The translations under genes and the position numbers were made by a program. The notes below the pieces were generated by a model. It did not search any database. It saw only the letters and a list, made by a program, of their open reading frames with translations, and was not told the origin of the DNA. Below are positions 40,600 through 64,000 of a DNA stretch of 64,000 bases, one piece after another. Position 1 is the stretch's first letter, and the number at the start of each line of letters is the position of its first letter. This DNA comes from Lingula anatina. Taxonomy: Eukaryota > Animalia > Brachiopoda. Location: NCBI GenBank assembly GCA_051362555.1, contig CM120640.1, positions 49,144,788 through 49,208,787 of the forward strand. The letters are read 5' to 3'.

Positions 40600-41900
40600 A
40601 TGTGCTCAGATAAACATGGCCGACGCCGGTACGCGCCAGGAAACACGTGACCATAATTGTGGCAGGTGCGCTTGGACTAAGGACAGGGAGAATCGAGGAG
40701 CCAAAAAATAAATACTTCTAACATGTTGTTTTGTACCAGCTTTTTGCAATACAATTATCGGCTGATTATACAACTGAAGGATCTGGACAAAATTTTGTTA
40801 TTTGGTTTTTACATTTCATATATAAATAAATCAAAAGCATTTTTTAAAGCAAGCAATCAAAATACGGTGGGTGAGGGTTTTGATTTCGTTCATTTATAAT
40901 AGAATTTTGTCTCAATGCATAGGTGATGCATATTAATAAATTAATGCCACTACACTGTAATAACTTAGATTTATAATCTACTGAAAATGATTTTAATAGC
41001 CTCTTCAATACTTTTCTAACGTTTATACTTATCCCTTTTTCGTTTATTAAAGAAAAACGTTTTTTAAAAATCAAGTTTTAGATTGACATTTCTTATTCGT
41101 TATGCCTGACATTTCGTTATGCCTCTTTTTAAATTAACCGTCCATGCCATGACTTTAGTCAAAGAAAATTTCTTAATTTGAAACAAAAGAAATTATTTCC
41201 CAATATACTCCTCTTACCCAGTATTTTCACACCAGTGTACGCTCAGATTTCTCCAACATCTTCATCTCTCTCTCTCTCCCCCCCCCCTCACTCAAAGTCA
41301 AACTTTTGTTGATATTTCGATGAAGTGTTTTCAAATGAAATATTGTATCTCAAGAGCATGCTTAAATAGCATGGCCTACTTCCATAGTCAATACTGATTA
41401 GGTTTTCTCACTAGATTTAATTTTTATACAGTTGGAAAATATTTTTCTGTGTTGAGAATCGCTTACAATAAAGAAGGGCCATCAAAAATGTTGCCGTAGC
41501 CCAATTGTCGCTCAACCTTAAATTTGTACTTCATATGTACTTTATTGGCAATCACCGAACTAAATTTGTTTTCAAATAATTAGAGAATTTTGTGAATCTC
41601 TCACTGTTGTATAACTGCAGTCTAGAACTATATTATGTCAAATAAGAAATAAAATAGAATTTGAACAATATTATGTCTAATAAGAAATAAAATAGAATTT
41701 GAATAGTCACTAGCAACTCACCTATAACACTTTTCAAGCGACCTTATTATTTTTCCAGATGACAAGCATTTTATTTTTGTTTTGAGAACAATTTACCCCT
41801 GCAGCCACCTCCTCTTGACATGTACATTGCAGTAGTTGAGATAGGGGTGTGCACCACGAACCGGAAGTGTAACCTATGACCCATTTGTTTTCAAACAATA
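40600..41900. promoter_or_regulatory. Divergent lamin/CCDC171 promoter region
   Basis: CpG-rich patches at both ends. Lamin side: AACATGGCCG (YY1-like) and CACGTGAC (E-box). CCDC171 side: CCGGAAGTG (ETS) and CAATATGGCGG (YY1-like). Confidence 0.5.
41629..41703. repeat. Two tandem copies of a ~36-bp AT-rich unit
   Basis: ATATTATGTC(A/T)AATAAGAAATAAAATAGAATTTGAA occurs twice. Confidence 0.8.
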
Positions 41901-42482
41901 TGGCGGGTGCACACAAATTTTGAATTTTTAATATTGTTTTGAAGGACAATGTTCTTTTATCTCGGTGAGTGCAGTGAAGGTTTGGCATGGACGCTAACAT
42001 CATTCAAATATTTTGTCATAAACAACGTACGTTGTATGTAACTTTTTTAGCGATCAACTGTTGTGGAAAATAAACTACCAACAAACTTAATCGTGCTACA
42101 GACAGTACTCCGCAGTGCAGAATAAATCTGATCGTTTTGATATACAAGTGTAAGATAAGAGGGCATATTAAAGTTACAAGGAATCGGAATTATTCAGATT
42201 ATTGGCTGCTATAGGCTGTGAAAATTAAAAAAAAAATTTAAGACTTCCAACCTTAGCTTATTTTCAAATTTTGATATATTTTGAAACAGAAATTTACATT
42301 GACATTGTACCTAATAAACGTTTCCTAGTAGTATAAAATCATTTGTTTCCTCACCAAATAACATTTTATTTTTTTTTGAAGGTGCTCAGACATAAGGGCA
42401 AGCGTTTCATCAAATTTTATCAAATCTGGTGGCAGTCAGCACACGAGAATCTTATTTGTAAAACTAACATAACCAATGTGGC

Positions 42483-55129
<12,647 letters not shown>

Positions 55130-56368
55130 GATTGCAAAGACAGTCATGACAGACAAGGGGCTTCCAGCAGCATCTCAGGGGAGTGGAAACATTGTCAAAT
55201 CTATTTCAAATTCCTTTAATCCCTGAATATTTAATACTGCTGTCTGAGTTAATTATTTGTGTAATTTTATCAAAATTTAAAAAATTGATATATTGGCAGC
55301 AGCTTTGCTTTTTATTGATAACTTATTGATTTTTACTGTATTAAATAAGTTTTGTACCAAAAATGTTATGAATAATTTAACTATACATATTTGTATATAC
55401 TTTAAAATGTAAAGCAAAAAATACTACTGCCTTTAAAAATTTGAGTGAAAAATAGTGATGCATTTAGAGTTGTGTATAAATAGAACTTTTAATAAATTTT
55501 TGTATCTCTAAAAAGGCTCTCATGATATTGTCTTACAAAACCAGGCTTTATATACATCAATGAGTATTTTTTATTTGACTGACATCAATTTTTAGTTCTT
55601 TGGAAAAATCAGCTTCACACAGGAAGTTAGACTATTCCTTTCATGTTTGCACTCATGTAGTTACACCACAGAATAATATATGAAACAGTCTTTCGGATGT
55701 CACCAGATGGACTATGTTTAGCATGGAAATTAAAATTCTGGGGTGCCATAAGAGGCCCTAGAATGATCCGTCCACCTGTAGATATCAGATAGTACATTTC
55801 TTGTTCTGATTGTTTAATAACAAAAAATAAAATTTCTTGTTTTGAGCTTTAAGCAGGATACCCAGTTCAACCCAGAGATTTTTGTAAATGGGAGATCAGA
55901 CAAAGTTGACCTTCAATGTTAATTAACTGCCATAACTTTAATCAACTTTCATGTAGATTTTTAAAATAGGTCTGTAAGAGATTCTATAGACATCACAGCT
56001 TTCTGATTTTGTCATAATTATCTAATACATTGTGTTCAAAATCCAGAATAAAAAGTGATAAAATTCTAATTTCTAAAAAAAATTAAAGTAAAGCAAATAA
56101 AACTTTAGAAACTGAAAGTTATTGATACAACAATAAGAAAGAATACTATTACATAAAAAGCTCTAAAGTTACACAAATACCCTCACTCATGATTCAAATG
56201 TACTTACAATGAGATGAAACTAATGCACAATGGATAATACATTCATTGATGGTGAAATTCTTTGTGTTTACTCCTATCCATCTTACATTAATAACATCCG
56301 TGAATCAGATGGGCTCATACTAGTATATTTTGTGTGCATCTATCACTATTTTTTATTTGTGCAAGTTC

Positions 56369-58651
56369 TTATGTCAACTTTGCATCTCCTTCAGCTGCTG
56401 GCTTTTTCTCACCACATCCATTTTTCATGTACTCATGCTGCAGGTGTTCCTTGTCAAAAAGCCATTCTCCCAGACCTGGCCCAACTTTCTGTAGGGTGGT
56501 GATGTAGTCTGATATATGCTTGATCTCCTCAACCATCATAGTCAGTTGTGTCTCTGTGTGTTAAAAAAAAGGATTTTGAAGCAGTATTTATAGCTACTTA
56601 CAAAAGGTATGTTGCTGACTAAGAGAGTATAAGGGCTCATTTCCAAAGAAACTTTTGGTCTATGTAGATCGATCCATCTCCGTGAGAACTCTCGTTGAAT
56701 GCAATCAGATTAACATGCTTCATCTTGTTTTGAATGTACTTCTAAAATCACCGTGAATTTGTGTATTCTACGCAATGCCAGGAGGAGGTGTGCAAATCTG
56801 CTAAACTAATTGCATTCAGCGAGAGGAGTCCTTGTGGAGCTGGATCAATCTATGAAGACTGATAGTTAAACTGAGAACGAGATTCAAGGCAAAGAGACTG
56901 AAGCTTTGCCTTTTCTTATTTACTTATATGCAGGTGCCACAAGGAAAAATAAATGTTTTATGAAATTGGCGTTGGGGATTTTTGGAGAAATGTTTCAACA
57001 GAATTTTTAAAGATACTTTTGCTACCTCTAACATAATAGAGATGAAAGGGCAGAAGATGGTGATGGGGGGGGGGGGGAGGTCACATTTTTGCTAAGGGAA
57101 TGATAGGATATACCAAAATAACAGATAGTAATTCAATTCACCTTCAATGAAATCTCCCATCTGAGTATCATGGTGCTTGCTTGCCATTTTGTGTAGGTCA
57201 AGGAGGGCTTGGTTAGTTTCTTTCTCTATCTCCAGAGCAGATTTCATGGCATCCAGTCCACTGCCCCACTCATCTTTACTTGGCTTAGGGATGGGCTGCA
57301 GGACCACGCGACCTCCACGAGTGTTCTGAAACTTGATGAACTGTAAAGAAAAATGTATATCAATTGGTATATTTTTTATAACTCATTAAAAAAGTAAGTG
57401 AGATAGACAAGTTATTAACTATATTTATCATCAGAATTAATTTTTAAAAGTTTGTGAAAAATGATAAACAGATTATACTAAGCAAACAGATCACCTACTA
57501 ATCTTGCAGATGTATACAATGATATGTGAATAGTCTAGCTAGCAGTTCTTAATCAGAAAATGCCTGGAAACAATATCAAATATTTGTATAACACCAGCTG
57601 AGTTAGTGGTTAATAAAGTTATCTTAAAATAGTGACATAGTCATAATTTTCCAGACCCCCTATCCCTTTGAAAGGTAATCATAAATGCCCCTAAAATTCA
57701 TAAATACCAAGCTTATTACTCATCCCTTGCTGTAATATTACTTGGACTTTTATTTATGAAAAAAAGGAAAATTCCATCACTGATGGGAAGCACTCTGAAC
57801 AAATGTGTGAACACTTTAAATTTTTCCATTCCATTTCAATCTGGAGAAGTTCCAGTTTTATTATCGACTCCAACTATCATTCAGTTAAGAGCATGGACAA
57901 GAGAACTGGTGAATATGTGATATATTTGTGCCCTGCCAAAATTAAATCTATATTTGGGTTATTAGTTCTGTGAGTTTTCACAGGCAATATGTTTTTTTTT
58001 TTTTTTTTTTTTTTTTTTGTTCCACTGCTGTCTACTATTTTATAAGTCATTTTAATAACGGTCTGCAGTTGAACGATTTCAGAATATGAACAACAGTGAG
58101 ATATAATATAGCACGACTTTCATGTTGAATTTAATAAGAACAAAAAGGGAACGGCTTATATAGACCGATCGATCCTCGTAAATTCGAATGATTTAGAAAG
58201 TTCAGAAACAGAAACGCGTTTAACTTACACAAGAGACATACTCAAAATATTACCGTCACATAACGCGTTTTGCTTTACATAAAAAATTGAAAAGACCGAT
58301 CGGGGAATGTTTTATGTGTGCAATACCATTATGACCTCTATTCATCTTTTGCAGGTCATTTCAGGTTTTCAGTGCATAACATATTATCGCTTTGACGTCT
58401 ATATTGAGGCAGATATTAAAACAGCACATTTTTTAATCATTGAAAATAATAAAACCTACCATAAACGCGTGTTCCCGTTCTTCGTCGGCTTGGTGCCTGA
58501 AAAATGCGCTGAATCCCGGCAGGGCGACATCATCCCTGTCAAAATATGCGCTCATGCTATCATACACGTAAGATGCATAAAATTCCAAATTTATCTGCTT
58601 GTTCACAGCAGCTTCGCATTCTACGTGATAATTTTGACGTGCAAGCGACAT
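56369..58651 (-). CDS. Ferritin (cytosolic H/soma-type fold, divergent), 191 aa
   Basis: Exons 58651-58460, 57340-57142, 56553-56369. [72 protein letters not shown]. Confidence 0.95.
56666..56852. mobile_element. Degenerate foldback/MITE in ferritin intron 2
   Basis: TAGATCGATCCATCTCC..CTCTCGTTGAATGCAAT versus the reverse complement of the right end, TAGATTGATCCAGCTCC..CTCTCGCTGAATGCAAT. Confidence 0.6.
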
Positions 58652-59223
58652 CGTGTTACACCAATCGTACAGAACGTGAGTCTGTCGGCTAGCAAGGCTT
58701 GTAAGAATGTTAATGTCACTTCAGTCACCTTCTAAACCTTCCCAAGGTTAAAATACTTCTCGTTGCACTGCAAAAACCAACATCAACAGCGACATCTGTG
58801 GAATACTTGGGAAACTAATACGGTCTGAAAATTGATATACTTCCTTCTCGCTGAAAAAGGGAACTGCTGTTTTATTATTTGACAAGAAGATGCAGAAAGC
58901 GTTTTACGGGTGAAATCACGCTCTACTGTCACCTTGCTTGGTTAATACACCGACAGAAAATAACGACTTTAGACTACAGTACTAGTCTGCTATTACGAAA
59001 ATAATCGATCAAAACCGGTTAAGTATTTTTAAACGAATTAATAAATTGCCACCCCTCACCCCTTGTAATATGTATCTTCTTTAGTGTCGCATTGCGCAGG
59101 AGTGCGTGCCACTTTTAACATTTTTGTTTAATTTTCTGTTTAATATTTCTTCTTTGGTAATTTTAATTACTTAAAAGGCTTTGGCATACACAATCTGAAT
59201 CAGTGTGCACGTTGCAACATTTG

Positions 59224-59364
59224 ATAACCGGGGCAAGATCGGTGAGTTGAATTGAATAGAAAGACATCTGAAGACTTGCGAGTGTCTCACTGTCATTGAT
59301 CTGATGTACGGTAAACATGCCTCGTTGACTGATGATGATCGATGAACCTATGTGGGGACTTTAA

Positions 59365-59403
<39 letters not shown>

Positions 59404-59628
59404 CTTTCTTTCGTTTGAGGTTTTAATCTAGACCTATAAAAGATGCTCCTGCTGCATTCAAAACTGCGAGATGTATTCCATCTTTCTGTCTTCCCACATT
59501 GTTACTACCCTCCATTGTTACCGCTTCGTACCGTTACCCCCCCCCCCCCCCCAAAAGATCGGTGAGTTGAACTGAATAAAAAAACATCTGTTACCTCTAA
59601 CATTGTTACCGCTTCGTACCGTTAGCTC

Positions 59629-59670
<42 letters not shown>

Positions 59671-59990
59671 ATCCGATACGTAATTTTAAAATGTCCTTAG
59701 GTCCTATCGTCAGGGTCGATTTTTAAATTTCGATTTGTCACACGGTTGGGGTCCCATAATAGGCTAGAAAGGCGTTTAAATTAAATTATTTTTAATCTAA
59801 TTTTGTTTTGTTTATGTTTTTAATTTATTTATTTTTGTACAATAGAGAATCAATCGTGCGGGAGCGAAAATTGTTAATTGTGGTGCAGAAATATGGGCCA
59901 TGTATCAAGGTCAAGAGGAAAAGTGCATCAAATGTTGCAGCTGGAGGAGAGCTGATCGATGTTTACACATTAGTATGCAAACATAGCATG
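59224..59990 (+). pseudogene. Fragmented glutaredoxin duplicate (end of exon 1, intron pieces, possible decayed exon 2)
   Basis: 59224-59253 is identical to 63701-63730 (ATAACCGGGGCAAGATCG|GTGAGTTGAATT). Further intron matches include GATGTACGGTAAACAT. 59860-59960 weakly resembles a glutaredoxin C-terminal exon. Confidence 0.55.
59368..59401. repeat. (AT)n microsatellite
   Basis: Direct reading. Confidence 0.9.
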
Positions 59991-60515
59991 ATGGATTAGA
60001 ATATTAGTAAATTAGATATAATTCAAGAAAATTTTCATTTTTGAGAGTTACATTAAGACACTTGTAAACATGTAATAACAAGTTTCAAATATACAAATCA
60101 CACACTCATGATAGATGTAGGCAAGAAACGGATTATAATTAGGAATGAAAAGGTGTGTTTAGGTTGCCAAGGTGGAGAAGAAACTGAAATAGATTGATTT
60201 CTTGTGCGTCTCTTGTACGCTGGTCTCATAGTTAGGGTTAATTTGAAGTAGCACATAAACAAGATGGCTTTGTTTATCAGAATCATAAGTAGGCCTACAA
60301 AATAAACTTCCGAGTTACGCAAAATTATTTTGTTTTTGAGAAATGCAATAAAAAGAAACACACAAGAGCTTATTTCCTGTCTTTCTATGGATATAGAATT
60401 ATAAGTTATTTATATTATAGCTTTTATGATATACAGGTTTGATGCGCATATAATCACTTTATATAAACTCTCGATTGCAATATAGGGCCGAAGTCCGAAT
60501 GATCACCAGTGCATA

Positions 60516-61488
60516 GGGGAGACCGGGGCTAGTTGGACCCCGGGGTAAGTTGGCCCCCCGTCAATTTATGACAAAGTAACTACGAGGTAAAAAAAATTGG
60601 CCACATATTCTTGTAAAGTGACCGTAGCCTACAATGCTAAGGAAGTGTCGGACGTTAAAAAGTTTTACTTAAGCGGTGAGTCGAAATAAAGTATTTTTGC
60701 ACCTAAAAGTAATTTTGTTAAAGAGATTTAAAATCTATTTCATAGGCTTTTGATCGAATATAATATATGTATAGGGCAACAAACTGAAGCTCATTGTTTC
60801 AAGTTTCACAGAGACGTATCATCGTTGCTCATTCTAGCACCATAAATGGCTGCCATCCTTTAAAATAAAAAGTGTGCATCCGGGGCTAGTTGGCCCCCTT
60901 GACTCGGGGCGAGTTGGACCCTCATATTACCCACAAACTTTTGCGCGCAACACAGCTAGAGACCATTGTTGAAACAAACTCAATGGTTTAAAACTGAATA
61001 TGTAACTTTCTTTTAAAATGAAAATTTATTATTCGTTTTCATTCATTGTAAACCTGCTTTATACCATTATTAATAAATTCTTTATTAAAATAAAACAAAT
61101 TTTATTGATAGATATTCTGCTTCTTGCAACTTATACCCCCCCTACAACGTGATGTACGGAAACCTCAATAAATCTGCCTCATTTGAACTATTCATTCATC
61201 AAAGACTCTCAAAAGTCAATTTAATAAATTAAAAATGTATAAAAATGTATTACAAGGCGTTTACGTGGGATATTTACTCCATTTTTGTATAGGGGGCCAA
61301 CTTGCCCCGACCCTGGGGCCAACCTGCCCCGTGATCCATCTGGCATTATATTTGAAAAATAATGACGTTGCATACGTAGCTTAGTTCATGGGGCTTACTT
61401 TGAAACCGGTTTTGTTACTCTAGCTCATTCCTAGTTGGCTCTACAAGGCCAAAAGTGTCTAACTGGGCCAACTAGCCCCGGTCTCCCC
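60516..61488. mobile_element. ~970-bp non-autonomous TA-flanked TIR element (Tc1/mariner/pogo-type MITE)
   Basis: Perfect TIR GGGGAGACCGGGGCTAGTTGG / CCAACTAGCCCCGGTCTCCCC with TA on both sides; several internal GGGGC(T/A)AGTTGG(A/C)CC repeats in both orientations; no ORF. Confidence 0.85.
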
Positions 61489-62745
61489 TACCTGTCAATA
61501 TTGACAATTGCTAGAGAGAGAGATTCCCTCGCACGGCCTACGTCCTTCACTGCGACACACACATATTAAAAAAAAAATTATAATAATAAAATAAATAAAA
61601 AAGCTGTTTCCTTTTTTCAATTAACTGTTTTTATGGTTTATAAAGTAACGCTTTGGTTTTTTCTTTATGTTTTAGAAATGTGTTAAGAGTTTATTATAAT
61701 CAAATAATGACTTGACAAAATAATATAGACAAATCAAATCGGCAATGCAGGTAAGTAATTTCAATTGAAGTCTTTCAATGTTTAGTTTGAAGAACATCAT
61801 CAGCTGTACGTTTTACTCTTTTACTGAGTCATAGTAACAGCCTGTATAAATCAATTATTAATACAAGTCAATTTTTCACTTCGTTATTTCAGTGTCCGTC
61901 TTGTCACTTTCATCGGGGATTCAGCGTTTTGCACACCTCAGGTAGAGGTGACACTCGTTAGCCTAACTTTCTGTGTTACTGGGATATTTTTTAAATATTG
62001 TTGAGATTTCTTTGTAAAGTCTCTATTATCTCATTTCATAAATGTTCGATTTTTCTTGAATTAAAAAAACTGCGTAAACATCAAAGCAATAGCAAAAATA
62101 AAGAAAAATTGAATCTGATAGTGGATCACCTGAGGAAGACCTTGAGAAAGTCGAAACCTAGTGTTACTCGTTTAAGTAAAATCCAGTGTCAGATTCATTA
62201 TATCTTTATTTTAGCTATTGTTTTGATGTTTACGCAGCAACGAAATTTTGGCAAAAGACGAAAGTAATATGGATAAGCAGGCACGTAGCCAGGAAGTTCA
62301 CTACAAAATATATCGGAACGCAGTATAAAAATCAAAATTAAATGACCCGGATCATACGTTACCGGAACACACGTTACCATTTAGGGCTTCTTGCATAATC
62401 TAAAGGCATGGTAAAAATTAAATTTAAATTGAGACTTTCGTGGATTATTGTTTTACACACATTTATGTTTTTAAAAATTGAATAAAACTTAATTCATTCA
62501 ATTTTATTTTTGGACACTTCGGGGTGTGAAATGCACCTCTATATAGGGTTTGGATGATATGCGTTTTTCTTCTTATACTAATCAAATGCAAATTTTAGAA
62601 ATATTTTCCAGCAAAAATATTACATTAAATATTCTAGAAGTGTTTAGCTGTGTCCCGTTGAGCCGCAGAAGCTTTGTTGGTGGGCTTCAGATTACGTATA
62701 ATTCAGCTAGTCGAACTCTAATTTCAAGAGGGGAATATAAGTGTG

Positions 62746-62750
<5 letters not shown>

Positions 62751-62788
<38 letters not shown>
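62751..62788. repeat. (GT)n microsatellite
   Basis: Direct reading. Confidence 0.9.
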
Positions 62789-62790
<2 letters not shown>

Positions 62791-63475
62791 CCCCTCTGAT
62801 CCCACCCCCCCTAAATCCGCCATTGGTTCTATTCAAAGTAGATGTCAGACGTAGTCTACAGCAAAGTCCATAGATCTATGTTTACTATTACATGTAACTA
62901 TTTGGGAGGAGGGAGGGGGATAGTAATCACAGTTCGCGGGAAATAAAATAATAGGCCTAAATTCACAAATCACAGTAAACATTTTTTCATATCTTATTAA
63001 AATTACCAAAAAATTACGAATTGATTTGTGCACCGTATGACGAAGACTAAAAAAGCTGCATTCATAGTCACGGGAATGGAGAAATATTACCAGACTGCAC
63101 TATGGCCCTGTGACGAATCCTCATCTGTTTGTCTTGAACGATAAACTAATGTCAGAATTCAGGTCAAAATAAAACTTGTCTCGAAATGGTCTCTAATGTA
63201 TTTGTTGCTTCCAACTCAATGGGGTCAAATGTTTCTGGACACGTCTGAATTTTAAACATTTTTTTAACTTTAACGTTAATAATTATTTCTTTTTATAAAC
63301 CTTGACGTGTAAGTGCCCCTTGCAAGTGGCGCCACCTATGTTAACCAGGCAATTCCAAGGATACGCTGCGTATTACAGTGACTAAGCACAAAAATTGAGG
63401 GTGCGTTAAATATTATAAGCGTTTTCTAGAGGCAGCAGCTGTACTCTGTTTTTACATTGAATTCTTAATAACTTT

Positions 63476-63718
63476 ATGGGAGCAACCCAATCGTACTCGG
63501 AAGAAAAGATGGCAGACGTTAAGAAAATGATTGATGCGAAAATTAATAGCAAGAAAGTTGTGGTATATTCTAAAACATATTGCCCCTTTTGCAAAAAAGC
63601 TAAAGATGTTCTTAAGCAATATAATATCCCGGAAGATATTGAGATTATAGAGATAGAAGATAATCCAGACTGCAGCGCTATCCAAGATTATCTTTGCCAA
63701 ATAACCGGGGCAAGATCG
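63476..63718 (+). CDS. GLRX: Dithiol glutaredoxin (CPFC), first coding exon; continues beyond the window
   Basis: KVVVYSKTYCPFCKKAK..IEI..IQDYL.QITGARS followed by donor GTGAGT at 63719; the expected VPRVF exon lies outside the window. Confidence 0.92.
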
Positions 63719-64000
63719 GTGAGTTGAATTTGAAAGATCTCTGAAAAAACTACACAATCGTTAGTGTCTCGCTGACCAGTGCGTCACTGACATTGATTCA
63801 ATCATGGCAGTATATACTCACTGAGTACTTCGTGGTTCGATGTACGGTAAACATACTTACTGTCTGACCTCAGGGTGCACTAGTCTGTAGTAAGTTATTG
63901 GCCTATTAAATTGTGTAGATCTTTTAAAAGAGCCCCTGTAGTCAGAGGGTACGGTAAATATGCCTTGTTGAATCCGGTTGAATCTCGGATCTTGGGTATG

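Noticed and set aside
58755-58785. CAGTGC on the minus strand upstream of ferritin as an iron-responsive element
   Set aside because: The flanks (TTTTG/AACGA) do not form the 5-bp upper stem and there is no bulged C; the context gtttttgcag looks like a splice acceptor.

Overview
AT-rich, intron-dense animal genomic DNA, most consistent with a lophotrochozoan such as a mollusc (inferred from gene style; species not identifiable). Eight spliced protein-coding genes were reconstructed by hand: the 3' end of a DUOX maturation factor (+), an alpha-arrestin/ARRDC (-) with a decayed Tc1 transposon in an intron, DCAF12 (+), PDCD7 (-), a CaaX lamin (-) head-to-head with CCDC171 (+), an atypical ferritin (-) and exon 1 of a CPFC glutaredoxin (+). 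There are also several MITE-like foldback elements. The most notable observations are: two Penelope-type foldback elements carrying minimal hammerhead ribozyme motifs upstream of the DCAF12 CDS (one motif looks intact); a strong local excess of TAGGCCTA that appears to arise by micro-insertion; a ferritin with an altered ferroxidase helix, a C-terminal extension and no visible IRE; a DUOXA tail with Gab-like docking motifs; a candidate CaaX-less aromatic last exon in lamin; and two GC-AG introns in CCDC171. Exon boundaries were read by eye and need transcript support.
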